A stretch of DNA of 64,000 nt. It comes from Chiloscyllium plagiosum (taxonomy: Eukaryota). The notes under the pieces are model-generated. The model was not told the DNA's origin, made no database searches, and saw only the letters and a program-made list of their open reading frames with translations. A program made the position numbers and the translations under genes. The stretch lies in contig NC_057752.1 in NCBI RefSeq assembly GCF_004010195.1, positions 991,330-1,055,329 of the forward strand. Reading direction: 5' to 3'. This document shows positions 24,195-37,179 of the stretch, in pieces (positions within the stretch are counted from its first letter, which is position 1; the number at the start of each line of letters is the position of its first letter).

Positions 24195-24286
24195 TTAACA
24201 ATTGGACTCTTCACACAATGACGTTTCACAGAAGAACCAGGACCCACGTTTAGCAGTTCGGGCTGTGAAGGGCACACTCTTCAACG
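24195..24286 (-). CDS. FMNL3: FMNL3 alternative C-terminal exon A
   Basis: ttctttctgcAG acceptor, phase 1. [34 protein letters not shown] matches the recalled FMNL3 end [20 protein letters not shown]...ESNC. Confidence 0.93.
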
Positions 24287-24999
24287 CTGCAGAAAGAAGA
24301 ATGTGCAATAGAGAGAGGGGAGAGAAAGAGCAGCAAGGGGTCAGGGAGGAACAAAGAAAAAGAAACCACATCAAGTCATACAATAGGGAGGAGCTTCAAA
24401 ACGGTCACAACGCAAAAAGCAACACATGCAATTGAAATGGGAAACCCTTATCTGAATCTCCACAGCAGTCCCTTATTTCATGGACCACTGCACCATGACT
24501 GGAACAGTCTCTCTCCTTGGCATGGAACAGCAGCCTACAATGTTGCACTGGAAGAATCCATTGTTGATTCTGAGGGCTATCTTCCTTGAGGGCCAGTCTG
24601 AGCAATTCAGCCACATACCAGAACATAATGTGTTGGGGTGCAAGGCGAACTCTATGAATTCACAACCAAACTCGAGATTCCCATCACAGTCAGCTGCTGA
24701 TCTGTAGCCAACATTTCCCCACAAGAAGAAACAAATTCCCAGCTTGTGGAAATTTTAATCAAATTGTTTCTCTCCCTCTATGGATAGTGGGGTTGATCTT
24801 GCTGCCAACCCCTTTTGCGTTTATTTAAAAATTGAAAATCAGAGGACATGAGAGGAGGTAAGGAGGGGTTTAAAAGCTAACTTTATACAGCATTATATTA
24901 CAAACCAGGTGGCTTTAAATAGAAATACAAGCAGCAACATGCCTTTCTGGAGCCATGGATGTAAGGGAACCTGAGTTGCAAAGAACAAATCTTAAACCA

Positions 25000-26600
25000 T
25001 GTCTTTTTTGAAGAAGCGACAAAGAAGATTGCTGGAGGCAGAGCAGTGGACATTGTCTATGTGGACTTCAGTAAGGTGTTCGACAAGGTTCCGCATAGTA
25101 AACTGGTTAGCAAAATTGTCTTGAAGGTAGGAGACAAGAGAGTTGTGGTGGAGGGTTGTTTTTCAGATTAGAGACCTGAGAGCAGCGGTATGTCACAAGG
25201 ATCGGTGCTGAGTTCACTGCTTTTTGTCATTTTTATAAATGATTTGGATGTGAATATAGTTAGTATGTTCGCAGATGACACCAAAATTAGAGGTGTAGTG
25301 GACAGTGAAGAAGGTTACCTTCGAGTACAATAGGACCTTGATCAGATGGACCAATGAACCAATGAATGGCAGATGGAGTTTAATTTAGATAAATGTGAGA
25401 TGTTGCATTTTGGAAAGGCAAATCAGGGCAGGACTTGTACACTTAATGGTAGGGTCCTGGGGAATGTTGCAAAGAGACCTTGGAATGCAGGCTCATAGTT
25501 CCTTCAAGGTGGAGTCCTAGGTACACAGGGCGGTGAAGAAAGCACTTAGTACGCTTGCCTTTATATTCGTCAGTATAGGAGTTGGAAGGTTATGTTGCAG
25601 CTGTACAAGACATTGGTTAGGTCACTTTTGGAATACTGCATTCAATTCTGGTCTCCATACTATAGAAAAGATGTTGTGAAACTTAAGAGTCATAGAGATG
25701 TACAGCACGGCAACAGACCTTTCGGTCCAACTCGTCCATGGCAACCAAATATCCTACATTAATCTAGTTCCATTTGCCAGCATTTGGTCCATATCCCTCG
25801 AAACCCTTCCTGTTCACCTACCCATCCAAATGAGTTTTAAATGTTGTCATTGTATCAGCCTTCACCACATCATCTGGTATTCTATACATGCACCATCTTC
25901 TGAGTGAAGAAATTGCCCCTTAGGTCCCTTTTAAATCTTTCCCTCTCACCTTAAACCTATGCCCTCTAGTTCTGGACTCCCCCACCCCAGGGAAGAGACT
26001 TTGTCTGTTTACCCTATCCATGCCCCTCATGATTTTACAAACCTCTATAAGGTCACCCCTCAGCCTCTGACGCTCCAGGGAAAACAGCTCCAGCCTATTC
26101 AGCCTCTCCCTATAACTTGAAAGGGTTCAGAAAAAATTTACAAGAATGTTGCCAGTTTGGAGGGTTTGTACTGTAAGGAAAAGTTGAATAGGCGGGGTCT
26201 ATTTTCCCTGGAGTGTCGGAGGCTGAGGGATGACCTGATAGAGGTTTATAAAATCATGAAGGGCATGGATACGGTGAACAGCCAAGATCTATTCCCCAGG
26301 TAGGGGAGTCCAAAACTATAGGTCATAGATTTAAGATGAGAGGGGAAAGAGTTAAAAGAAACCTAACAAACCTTTTTCACGCAGAGAGTGGTGCATGTGT
26401 GGAAAGAGCTGCTGAAGCCAGTGGTGGAGGCTGGTACAACTACAACATTTAAAAGGCATCTGGATGGGTATATGAATAGGAAGGGTTTAAGAGGGATATG
26501 AGCCAAATGTTTGCAGATGAGACTAGATTAACTCAGGATATCTGGTCAGCATGAAAGAATTGGACCAATGGGTCTGTTTCCATTCTGTACATCTCAGACT
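25000..26600 (+). mobile_element. CR1 LINE (plus) with a nested antisense CR1 3' end (about 25686-26112)
   Basis: Plus-strand RT motifs (gtggacttcagtaaggtgttcgacaagg; ttcgcagatgacaccaaa) are interrupted at gtgaaactt and resume at aacttgaaagggttcag. Confidence 0.85.
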
Positions 26601-26648
26601 ATTACTCCCTTCTTCCGGAGACTTGCAGTCATGTCTGTGTTATCTCCA

Positions 26649-26703
26649 GCCAGTACACTCCTGGACAGCCTCTCGCCAGTACACTCCTGGACAGCCTCTC
26701 GCC
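26649..26703. repeat. 26-bp perfect tandem duplication
   Basis: gccagtacactcctggacagcctctc x2. Confidence 0.9.
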
Positions 26704-28765
26704 TGCACCCTCTAAAACTCGACACTGTCCCCTCGCCTAACTCCCATTCACCATTACCAGGCCAAAATTGGCTCGCATTCCACCAACACTTTGATTTTAA
26801 TGTCCTCATCCTGGTGTTCAAACCTCACCTTGGCCTCGCTATTTGCCAGCCCCGATCTCTACAATCTCCTCCAGCCAATAACCCTTCAAAGATACCCGCA
26901 CTCTTCTAAACATGCATCCCCGGTTTTAATACTTGCAAGGCAGGCTGTGCCTTCAGCTACCTTGGCTCTCTTTACACCTCTCTGCTTCTCTCCTCTTTCA
27001 TGATGCTCCTTGAAAAATCTCTCAGGCCAAGACTTTGGTGTAATACAAATGCAAGTTGCTGTTGTGGCAGTTACCAGAATCGAAACAGAAGTATAAAAGG
27101 AGAGAAAAAATGCATCTTGGTTACACATTTTAATTTTGCAGCATTTTGGTTCGACAAGTTAAGCTGCTGGTGCACTGGGCTACATTTTGGGAAAAGGCTT
27201 CCCAAAGTGGGGGTGAGGAGCTGAAATTTTGGAGTGGTAAGATCTGGGCGAGCAATGGCCAGCAGAGAGTTGTGATTGCTGTGCTCACAACAGGCCCTGC
27301 CTCAGCTACCATGCTGTTACCACTAGGCTGCAACTCCCCTGCACATCCCAATCTTAACTCCACCCAAGAACTCTTAAGTTCTCACTGAGGGACTGTAAGA
27401 AGTTTTGAGCATTAAGATGGGAAAACATTTGGGAAGCACCGATTTAGGCCTCGAGTGTGTGAAGAGTGTGGTTCATGTTATGAAACAGAGCAACCGTGTC
27501 CACTTCACAGAAACAAGCAGTCAGTCATCAAAATGGCAACATAGCAGGTGAAGTTAGAAAATGATTTGAAAATTTTTTTAGCAATGCAGAAGTAGAACAT
27601 TGCAGACCTGAAAACAGAGAATGCTGGAGAAACTCAACAGCTGCCAGAGAAAGAGAATCCAAGTTGATACTTTGTCTCGAAAGACATTTTCTATCTTCAC
27701 TGGGCAGCTTCTAGGTCTAACCACTTCATTGTTCGAGAAGTGAAGTGTACTGTACCAATTGCTCAGGAGCTATTTAATATGAGAAGTTCCGCTGATCAAC
27801 TGAAATAAGACTTAAAGAAACTGCCCCCACCTTTCCTCTGCACCACCATCCCTTTCTTCACCAGCAGACTGTTCACTTTGAAATTACTTTACATATCAAA
27901 CACCCAACATCAGGTAGCAATGCAGAGTGAGTATGGAAAAGAAAAGCAACAAGAATGCAGAGAGCTTGTGGGCTATTTTGTAGTCAGTGCAAAAAGAGAA
28001 AGCAGTCTTGGGGCATGGTGGGGGGTGGAGAAGGGAATGGAATGATTCTAAGAGTAGGAGTAGAGAACATTAAAACAACTAGCTCAAGTGATGAAAGCTT
28101 TTTGATCCGACGTTATTGCAATGGTGCATCAGCGGGAATTGAGCGAAGTCTCTCGGTCTTGATTTGGCACACAACAGTGAGAGTAAAAAGGAGGAAGGTG
28201 CAGCTTGACAGTACAATTTGCCAGAAAGTCAGAAACCTTGATTAATGTATCGGTGGCAGTTTTTGAATACCCAAACTGGATTGCATTCAATCTACTTGAT
28301 CATTTAAAAAAGAAACTTTAAAACTGGTGTGTGTGCTGACATCCACACCACAAACATTCAAGAGTAGGTTAATAAAGGCTTGGCCTAAAGGTCAAACAGT
28401 AAAACAGGGCACTGGTTTGAGCAGAACCAAAGAGGAAGTCCCTCCCAAACAGATCTGTTAATCTTGGCATTCAACGGATCTAATTAGACCAAAGCTCTTG
28501 CAGTGAAAAAATTAAGGGCAATGGCTTAAACAGCAGTTCAAGGAACATCTCATAGCACAGCCGGTCACTAGAAGAGGCTCAGTTGTGCACAGAAACATGT
28601 TGTCCATCACATTTTACCTGCACTTGAAGAACCTATAAAAGAATTTTTAAAAAACACATCTATTGGAAACAAGTCTTCTGAACTGTCAGTGCAGACTTCA
28701 GACCTGAGTACCAAGGCAGCCCAACCCACCACAGAGTAGAGCCAGGACCTGCTGTCGGCCTTTAC

Positions 28766-28889
28766 CTGTGATAATGTCTTCAATGGTCCCATCTTTGCCT
28801 TCGTACACTGGCCGGTGATCTTTGAGCTGCCGTCTTCGTAACTCAGCGATGAGTTCCTGCTGTTGTCGCTTATTCCTGTGACAGGGAGA
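28766..28889 (-). CDS. FMNL3: FMNL3 exon, WH2-like/DAD core
   Basis: poly-T gaaAG acceptor, GTAAAG donor; 124 nt, ends phase 1. [41 protein letters not shown]. Confidence 0.96.
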
Positions 28890-28997
28890 CTTTCAAAAAA
28901 AAAAAAGCCTTGATTGAGAAAGAGGACTGAAAAAACCATGAGGCTTTTTTCATAAATTTGCAGGTTGATGTCAAAAGTCCAACCACAATATCTGTTG

Positions 28998-29140
28998 AAG
29001 ATGGGGCAGTGTTGAGAATGGTTCTTGGGGGGTAGAGAGGTATTTGCCCCACAGTGATGGGACAGTGTTGAGAGTGTTTCCTGTGGGTGAGGTATTTTCC
29101 CAGAGTGATGGGGCAGTGGTTCAGTGGGTGGTATGGTATT
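28998..29140. repeat. Diverged ~50-56 bp tandem repeat (about 2.5 copies)
   Basis: Repeated gatggg(g/a)cagtg(t/g)t...ggtatt units. Confidence 0.65.
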
Positions 29141-29642
29141 TAACTATGGATAATCAGGCAGTGTCAAGAGAACCAAGGGTCATTAGAGATAAGACAGAAA
29201 AGTGGAAATAAAGGTGATCAGATCAGCTGTGATCTCTCTGAATAGTAGAGCAGTCCCAATGGGCTGAACGGCCTACGTCTATTCCTACATTTATGATCAC
29301 ATTGTTGTCTATGGGATCTTGCTCTGTGTAATCGAGCTGCCATGTTTCCAACAGTGCCACTGATACTGAACATAACCCTTTTAGAAGCCAACAGTTGCAC
29401 AAAGCAGCTTTCTGGTATGGGGCAGAAGGGCAGCTGAGAGCAGCCAGGAGTAAGATGGCCTAGCTGGCTTGTCCTGCTTCCTAAAGCCCATTGCTCAACT
29501 TCTCCACCACCTCCAGCCCTACCCTTTCTTTTTCCTAGACTTTTGTTGAGTACTGGCCCAGGGTCTAAGTTGAGACATTACTGGGTTCAGAAGCAGCTTC
29601 CAAAAGGTGAGGCAGTGAGATTGCAGTCTGTGTGTCACCTAC

Positions 29643-29738
29643 CTTTTGGTCCTGTTGCAGCTTGGCTTCCTGTGCCAGCATCTTCTCTCTCAAAGCTTGC
29701 TCCTGCTTGCTTCGCAGCTCGTTTTCCTGTTCCGCTTC
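29643..29738 (-). CDS. FMNL3: FMNL3 exon, post-FH2 helix
   Basis: tctccAG acceptor, GTAGGT donor; 96 nt. EAEQENELRSKQEQALREKMLAQEAKLQQDQK. Confidence 0.95.
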
Positions 29739-30179
29739 CTGGAGATGTCAGAAGACACATTGAGCATTTGTTTTCACATCACCTCCTCATACAATATGTC
29801 AGCCACTTTCCAAGGATTAATGGTGTGAAGGAACATGATCACCCGGTTCCTTTCCCTTCGGTGGGTAGTCTCATGAATTACCGTTGAACCATGAAGCACA
29901 AACTGGGCCCGTGTTGGGTCTTTAAATGTGGCAATCAGTTCCAAAACTCCCTTGCGCTTTCACCATAGCCCTGAAATGTTAGTGTCTTTCAAGTGTCTAT
30001 CCAAATGAACCAACTTCCACTACCCTTTTGCTCTGTTCATGATCATCATAACTCATGGAGTAAAACGTATAAACACACTAATGTATAAAATCTCCCCTCT
30101 GGCCCTTTTTCTAATTATATAAAACTGTGCCCTTTTTGGTCACTGAACCTCCTGCCAGTACAGGCAACTTTATTTCAGT

Positions 30180-30720
30180 CTGTCATGAGATGTGTGCATT
30201 GCTGGCTGCCCCACTATTTGTCAGCCATCCCTTCTAGAACCGCTGCAGTCCATGTGCTGTAGGTAGACTCACAATGCCCTAAGGGAGGGAATTCCAGGAT
30301 TTTGACCCAGTGACGCTGAAGGAACAGCAACATATTTCCGAGTCAGGATGGGGAGTGGCTTGGAGGGAAACTTGCAGGGGGTGGTATTCCCATGTATCTG
30401 CTGCCCTTGTCCTTCAAGATGGTGAAGGCCATGGATTTGGAAGCTGTTGTCTAAGGAGGCTTTGTAAGTAGCTGAAGTGCATCTTGTAGGTGGTACATAC
30501 GGCTGATTCAGTGATGCAGGAACTGAATGTTGAAGGTGGTTGATGGGATGCTGATCAAGCCGACTACTCTGTCCTGGACGGTGTCGAGCTTCTTGAGTGT
30601 TGTTGGAGTTGCACCCATCCAGGCAAGTGGGCTGTATTCCATCACACTCCTCACTTGTACCTTGTAGATGGTGGATAGGCTTTTGGGAGTGAGGAGGTGA
30701 ATTCCTCCCCACCTATCAAA
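30180..30720 (-). mobile_element. CR1/L2-group LINE 3' fragment (tail shared with SacSINE1-like SINEs)
   Basis: STIYKVQVRSVMEYSPLAWMGATPTTLKKLDTVQ; related copies at 45700-46070 (+) and 56760-57500 (-). Confidence 0.75.
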
Positions 30721-33544
30721 ACCCTTCATAACTTTAGAAATGGACAATAAATGCTTGGCCAGCCAGCAACACCCTCATCCCATGAAATAATAAAACAAAA
30801 ACTCTTATCTCCCCTTAACTTTCTTGACTCAAAAGGGAATAGCCCAGCTTCCCCACATAACAACTCTCTCATGCCTGGAACCATTCTGGTAAATCCCCTC
30901 TGTAGCCTTTCCAAAGTCTTTGACATCCTTCCTGAAGTGTGGTGCCCAGAAGTGGACACAATATTCCAAGCTGGGGCCTACACACTTATATACATGAGTA
31001 CACAGGATAAGTTCCATTCTGGGAGAGTGTATTGAACTACCAACATGCTATATCCATCAATCTGTCCTCACAATCCTTAGATTTAAAAGCATAACAGCTT
31101 GCAAGGCAACAACCTGCAGATATGTAGCACCTCAGTGTTAAAGTAGTCATCATTGTGCAGAAAAATCACAATGTTTGAAACAATCTCTCATTATTTACCA
31201 TTTCAATACTATGGAAATTTTTATTGCATCTGCCTTTGAGCTTTCTCTTGTACAATGAAAATAGGCACCCTCTCTCAATTTACAGGCCATCATTCCTAGC
31301 ATAATGCTATAGAATTTCTTGAATGCCTTTCCATGTCACTAATACTCATTTAGTATATTGCATACAGATTTTAATTGTGGCTTCACTAATGTCTCGCATA
31401 TATTTGACAGAATCAAGGAATAAGTTCATAAGAATACAAATTAGGAACATGAGTAGGACGCTCAGTCCATTCTGCCATTCAATAAGATCATGGCCGGCCA
31501 CATTGGGATTTAAACTCCACTTTCCTGTCTGCTCCTCCATTACCCTTGACTCTCACCAATCAAAGACCTCTGTCACACAGCCTTGAATATTTTCAATGAT
31601 CCAGGATCCACTGCTCTCTGTGGCAGAAAATGCCAAACACAAGCAACCCTCAGGAGAGATTACAAAATGGGACTGCTTTAATTCTGAAACCGCGCCCCTC
31701 GGTTCTAGATTGCCTCACAAGGATAAACATCCTCCTCGTACCTACCCTGTCAAGACCCCCTCAGGATTTATGCTTTAAAAAGATCATTTCTGAGTGTTCG
31801 AAACTCTGAAGATTAAAGGCCCAACCCACTTAACCTTTCTGCATCACACAAACCAACTCATCATAGAAATCAGCCTCATGAACTTCTCTTGATCTGGTTC
31901 CAATGAAAGCCTACCCCTCCTTAAAAAAGGAGACCCAAACTGTACACCATACTCCAGGTATGAGCTAAACCAGAACTGCATATGGCATCCAACACCATAC
32001 ACCAGGTCATTTAATATTGAATTTACAATATAGCAACAGGCCATTCAGCCCAATAGATCCATATTAGTGTTTATGTTCCACACAATCCTCCTCCTATCTC
32101 TCATCGTCTGATCTTATCAGTGCATCCTTCCATTTCTTCCTCCCTCTCATACGTATCTAGTTTTCCTGTAAAAGTATTGATGTTCATTGCCTCAACCAGG
32201 GATAAAAATCAAAGGCCCGCTGCTCTTTGGGCCTGGGCTCCCAATCCCTGACCGGAGGTCAGCAAGTCCCCCCGCCTGCCCTTGGATAGTTTTGTGGGCC
32301 CTGGCTTCAACTGTTCCGAAGTAGCGAGTTCCACAAAGTGCATGACTCTCTGGGCAAAGTAGTTTCTCCTCAATCTTGTGTCGTTTCATTGCATGTTTTT
32401 CAATGTAAACGTTCAGTAATTTAGTTATGTAGTTGAACTTTGACCCGTTTCGAATCCATTCCTATATTTCTGACAGCATAATGAAGCACCTTATTTGGTA
32501 TTGTTTTGAGCATAGAAACTGAAAAGAAATAACAAGCTGAAAATTCAGCTTTCCTTTCCCTCAAACTCAGTCAATGCTGCAGCTGTGTTTACTGAATGAA
32601 GGAGGTTTTCAATGCTTTTCTTAAACAGTATTTCAATTGTGAATGAGAACAAATGGCACGTGCCTCAAAAAAATAAACCCCAGACGCCAAACAGCCTGTT
32701 TGATTCCTCAACTCATGGACAAAACAGCTCAAAATTGCACTTTTTAGCAGACAAACTCAACAATGCAGTCTAGAATCCCCTTGACTCCATCTCAAAGCAG
32801 CCCCCAGCCTCTTATTGAAGAGCAGACAGAGACAAGGGAATGTCATTTAGTGACTTGGTCTGCACCTTCATTCAGTTAGGTCATAGCTAACCTACACCCC
32901 AACATGACTTATTTACCGTAGCTCCATGTCACCATATGCTCAGGCCCTGTAATAATCTATTAACCTCTAACCTAAAAGCTCCAGCTGAACCCAAACATTC
33001 AGAGCCTTTTAAAGAAGGGAATTCCAGATTTCCATGACCCTCTACATGAAAAAAAAGTTTCCTGATTTAACTCCCCAACAACAAAGACGCCTCCCTCGGT
33101 CTCAACTTATATAACTAGAGGAGGGATTTCATCTGAATCTTCCTCTGAGTATTGGAAATAATGCAGTCAGATTATCCCTCAAAGTTGTATTTCTTAATTT
33201 TAGAAACAGGCCTACATGTTCTGCTCTGGGTTGAGTCAGCTAACCCAGCCAGGACAGCAGTACAAGTGGAACTATTCAACAGAGCCAACCATCAGCCAGG
33301 ATTTCCATTCCAAGAGATTGTCGGAGGGCATGTACATGTAGATTACAAGCGGAGGGTACCCCTGAAGCAGTCGGCAGTGAAATATCATATTGACATTTAG
33401 CAGCCACAGGAGAGAATTTCTGCCAAACTCAATGCAATGCCTGACTCAGCACTGTCACAATTGAGAGGAAGAATTTTGGGCGATGGGGCAGAAAAGAGAC
33501 AGAGAAACACTTCAAGGACACTCAAACTTCAGAGTGAAAAAGAG

Positions 33545-34330
33545 AAAGAAAAAGTATTATTTAAATGGTGATGTATTACGAAGGGTGGGTGTACAGAGAG
33601 ATCTAGGTGTCCTTATACACTAGACAATGAAAATAGTCAGGGAGCTGCAGGAAGCAATTAGGAAGGCAAATGGTATTTTGGCCTTCATTGCAAAGGATTG
33701 GAGTTCAGAAGTAGAAACGTCTCACTGTACCTATACACAGCCTTGGTGAGACCACACCCGGAGTATTATGTGCAGTTTGGGTCTCCCTACCTATGAAAGG
33801 ATATCCTTGCCAGAAAGGGAGTGTAGCGAGGGTCACTAGGCTGGTACTGAGGATGGCAGGACTGACCTATGAGGAGAGTTTGGTTCAACTGGGCCTGTAT
33901 TCCGATGAGAAGGGATCTGATAGAAACGTGCAAAATTCTAACAGGGTTGGACAGACTGAATGCAGACAGGATGTTTCCCCTGGTTGGGGAGTCTAGAACC
34001 AGTGGACACAGTCTCAGGATGTGGGGTAGACCATCGAGGACTGAGATAAGGAAACGTTCCTTTACTCAAAGGGTAGTGAACCTGTGGAATTCTCTATCAC
34101 ACAATGCTGCCGAGGCCAAGTCACTGAATATATTCAAGAAAGCTATAGGTACATTTTTAGATTTTAAAAGCCTCAAGGGATATGAGGAGAAAGTACTGTC
34201 ATATGAGGAGAGATTGGTTCAAACTGGGCCTGAATATGATATTGAGACAGAGAATCAGCTATGATCATATTGAATGGTGGAGCAGGCTCAAAGGGCCAAA
34301 TGGCCTACTCCTGCTCCTATTTTCTACGTT
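33545..34330 (+). mobile_element. CR1 LINE 3' fragment
   Basis: MRRDLIETCKILTGLDR..FTQRVVNLWNSL motif; ggcctactcctgctcctattt tail. Confidence 0.85.
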
Positions 34331-35716
34331 AGTATGAGTTAACATGCATGAAACTCAAAACTGAGCACAAACATCCAGGAGGAGAATTTCTGTGGGAGTT
34401 CTCCCAATTTCTTAAAAGAAATGCCACTTCCCACCCCCGCTATCTATGGGGCGGTGCCAAACTCCCATGGACTACTCTGGGAGGAAGAGAACCTACCCTG
34501 CTCTACGTCGAGAACAATGGGCTGAGTCTGGAATCAAATATTGGCAAAAGGCCAGTCACAGTTCTTTAAGGGTTAAGAACAGCTCACTTTTATGTCAAAG
34601 GAAACACCGGGGAGAAACACTTTTCTCACATGCTTTCTCCAGCTTCTTTTAGGAACCTGGAACTACCACTGCACACTCGATCATAGACTTGCTAGTTGGT
34701 TTATTTTCCTAGACTCAAAATCTGATGTGATTATTCTGCCAATTCAAAGTATTCAACTTGTATTCACATCTAGTGCTTTTATTGTTTCAATTAATTATTT
34801 GTAGTGTGCAAGCTTGTGGGTGGCCAAGGGCAGGAAATGGGAGGCATCTGCTGGACAATGCCAGGAAGCAAATGCATTAATTAACTCTTGCCCTTGCTAG
34901 TCAACAGCACAGTGCCCTCTCACAGGTAGCTATGTCAGCCCTTCAGGCTAGGAATTGCAAGCAGGCTTCTTTGACAGAGACAGAGTCATTTTAACCAAAT
35001 ATTGGCATCTTCCAAATGTCAAGTGATCCACTAAGATGGGGTGGGTTGAATGGGGGAAGTTCAGGTCTATTGTCCATGCCATTCAAATGAACCTTTGACA
35101 GAGTTACCCACAAAAAGCTTTTTTTGCTCCTGAGCAGCATTGGCAGAGTTCCCATCCCTAATTGCCCTTGAGAGGATGATGGGGGCATTTCTGATTGGTT
35201 GGCAGCTTCTGGCAAGTTCAGCAATAGGCTGAGAAGCTTGGTGGACATCCCCGAACAAGCTGATTGGCTTGCAATCCAGTGAGCCATTCTTGTAGAGGCA
35301 GACCATAATGTTTCAACTATTCCCACACTAATTATCACTCCTATGTACAAAGCGTTATTTTTTGGACATGGAGAAAGGATGCACCATAACAGCATCCGGT
35401 AGTACCCTTCCAAATGTACGGAGCAGACCTAAACGACAGGGCCTACCTGTTCAGCCACACTGCTTTTCCTCGTAACCCACTTTCTATTAAATTAAAGATT
35501 CTACATCTCAGTAAAAGCAATGCTTTTTTTTGATAAGGACAGAAGGACAGAGAGAAGTCATAACTAAGATTCCCTTAACTTCACGACAAATATAAATGAC
35601 CACTTTTCTGCTAAAGCTAAGATTTAGAACTATTTCTTCCATGCCTTATTACAACCATTTGAAGCTAAACAAATGCCAAACAGATGCAAAAAGTAAAAGC
35701 GACAAACAGATCTTAC

Positions 35717-35818
35717 CCTGTAGGACTTGACAAAGCGGACAAAGACTGGGAAGAACACGGATGGAGGCGTAGTCTTGGGATTTTCTCCAAAATACTCAAC
35801 CACTTTATTGTATGCTTC
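35717..35818 (-). CDS. FMNL3: FMNL3 FH2 C-terminal exon
   Basis: cctgtacAG acceptor, GTAAGA donor; 102 nt. [34 protein letters not shown]. Confidence 0.96.
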
Positions 35819-36753
35819 CTGTACAGGCCAAAAAGAAAATTAGGTGCAGCCTCATTAACCCTTGGATTTCACCAGGTTAGAGTTACAAAAACAGTCAGCC
35901 ACTTCATCGCAGCCATGTTTTTCTTTCTCTTGCTTGTTGGGAGAGGTTAAAGGTCAAAAATCAAGCAACTAGGCATAATTGTAATATTCCAAGAATTAAT
36001 AGCCTTTTCTTTTCTTTGAAGACAGGGTTGATTTTGCAGTTCATCTCTCACATTCTCATTCAGAGATGCAGGTGAAGCTTTATTAGAAGGTGTAGCAGCA
36101 AGGTGATGACTGATAATTTCCTATGCATTGCATTTCATCCTGGTCTCTTCTCATAGAGGAACACAAGGAGCCACAAAAAATCTGGCAGAGAACTCACACG
36201 AGAACAAGGTACACTCCCACTTTAACAATATGTACCCTGGTGCAGTTAAGTGAAGTAACATTCACTTTATTTCTCAACTCGTTGAAGGCAACTCAGAACG
36301 TGTACAGCAAAATGAATTTGAATTCGGTAGGAGAAAACCAGTCAGAATTCTCCTACTCTTCTTTAAAACTGTGCCTTTTACACCCAGAGATGGGGTTTCA
36401 GTTTAACACAGATCGCCATCAATGCTGCTCGACCTACCAAGTTTCTCCAGCATTCTTAGTGTTTGCCTCAGTTTAACATCTTGTCTCAAAGACTCTGATG
36501 AGACTGGAACCTTAGCACTTCTGATGTTTTCCAAACATGTTCCACCATTGACAGGATGATAGATCCAGCAAGAAAGAAAAACAAGGCCAACTCTAACCTT
36601 TTTATATTTAGATCTCATTTTCTAATCAACCTGCACACCCTCAATTTAGTCACTCAGTCAAGTGATTAACACAACGGATTTTTGAATACCAAACTCGTTC
36701 AGAACACAGTTAGAAACATTCAGTGATATTGCAGTGTAGGATAATGTACTTGC

Positions 36754-36917
36754 CTGTGCAGTCCTGGAATCTTTCTGAAGTTTTTCTAGTGTCCCTTCAT
36801 TTTGTGTCAGGAAATCCTTCAGCACCACATTGTGATCGTGCATACTGCTTTCACGCTTAACCAACTCCATGTTGTGTCCCATCTCCTTTACGTCTAAGAG
36901 GACATTTTCCAATGATA
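36754..36917 (-). CDS. FMNL3: FMNL3 FH2 exon with GC donor
   Basis: cctttggcAG acceptor; 164 nt. [23 protein letters not shown]...[12 protein letters not shown]; ends at CAG|GCAAGT. Confidence 0.93.
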
Positions 36918-37179
36918 CTGCCAAAGGAAACGGTGTAAAAAAGAAAAGTCATTCAACTGCCTGGAAGTGGAACTGCCTGTTGGCTGCTAGAACCATTACC
37001 AGGCCCGAGAATGAGATGTTACCCTCCTTCAGACAATCTCTCCTGGCACAGAATATTCTGTGACTTTCTACCCCCTTGAGAGAATTTAGCTCCATTTCAT
37101 TGATAGAATGAAGGTGCACAGAAGGAGGCTATCTAACCCATGTTGCCAGTGTTGGATCTTTGAAAGAGCTACCCACTGA

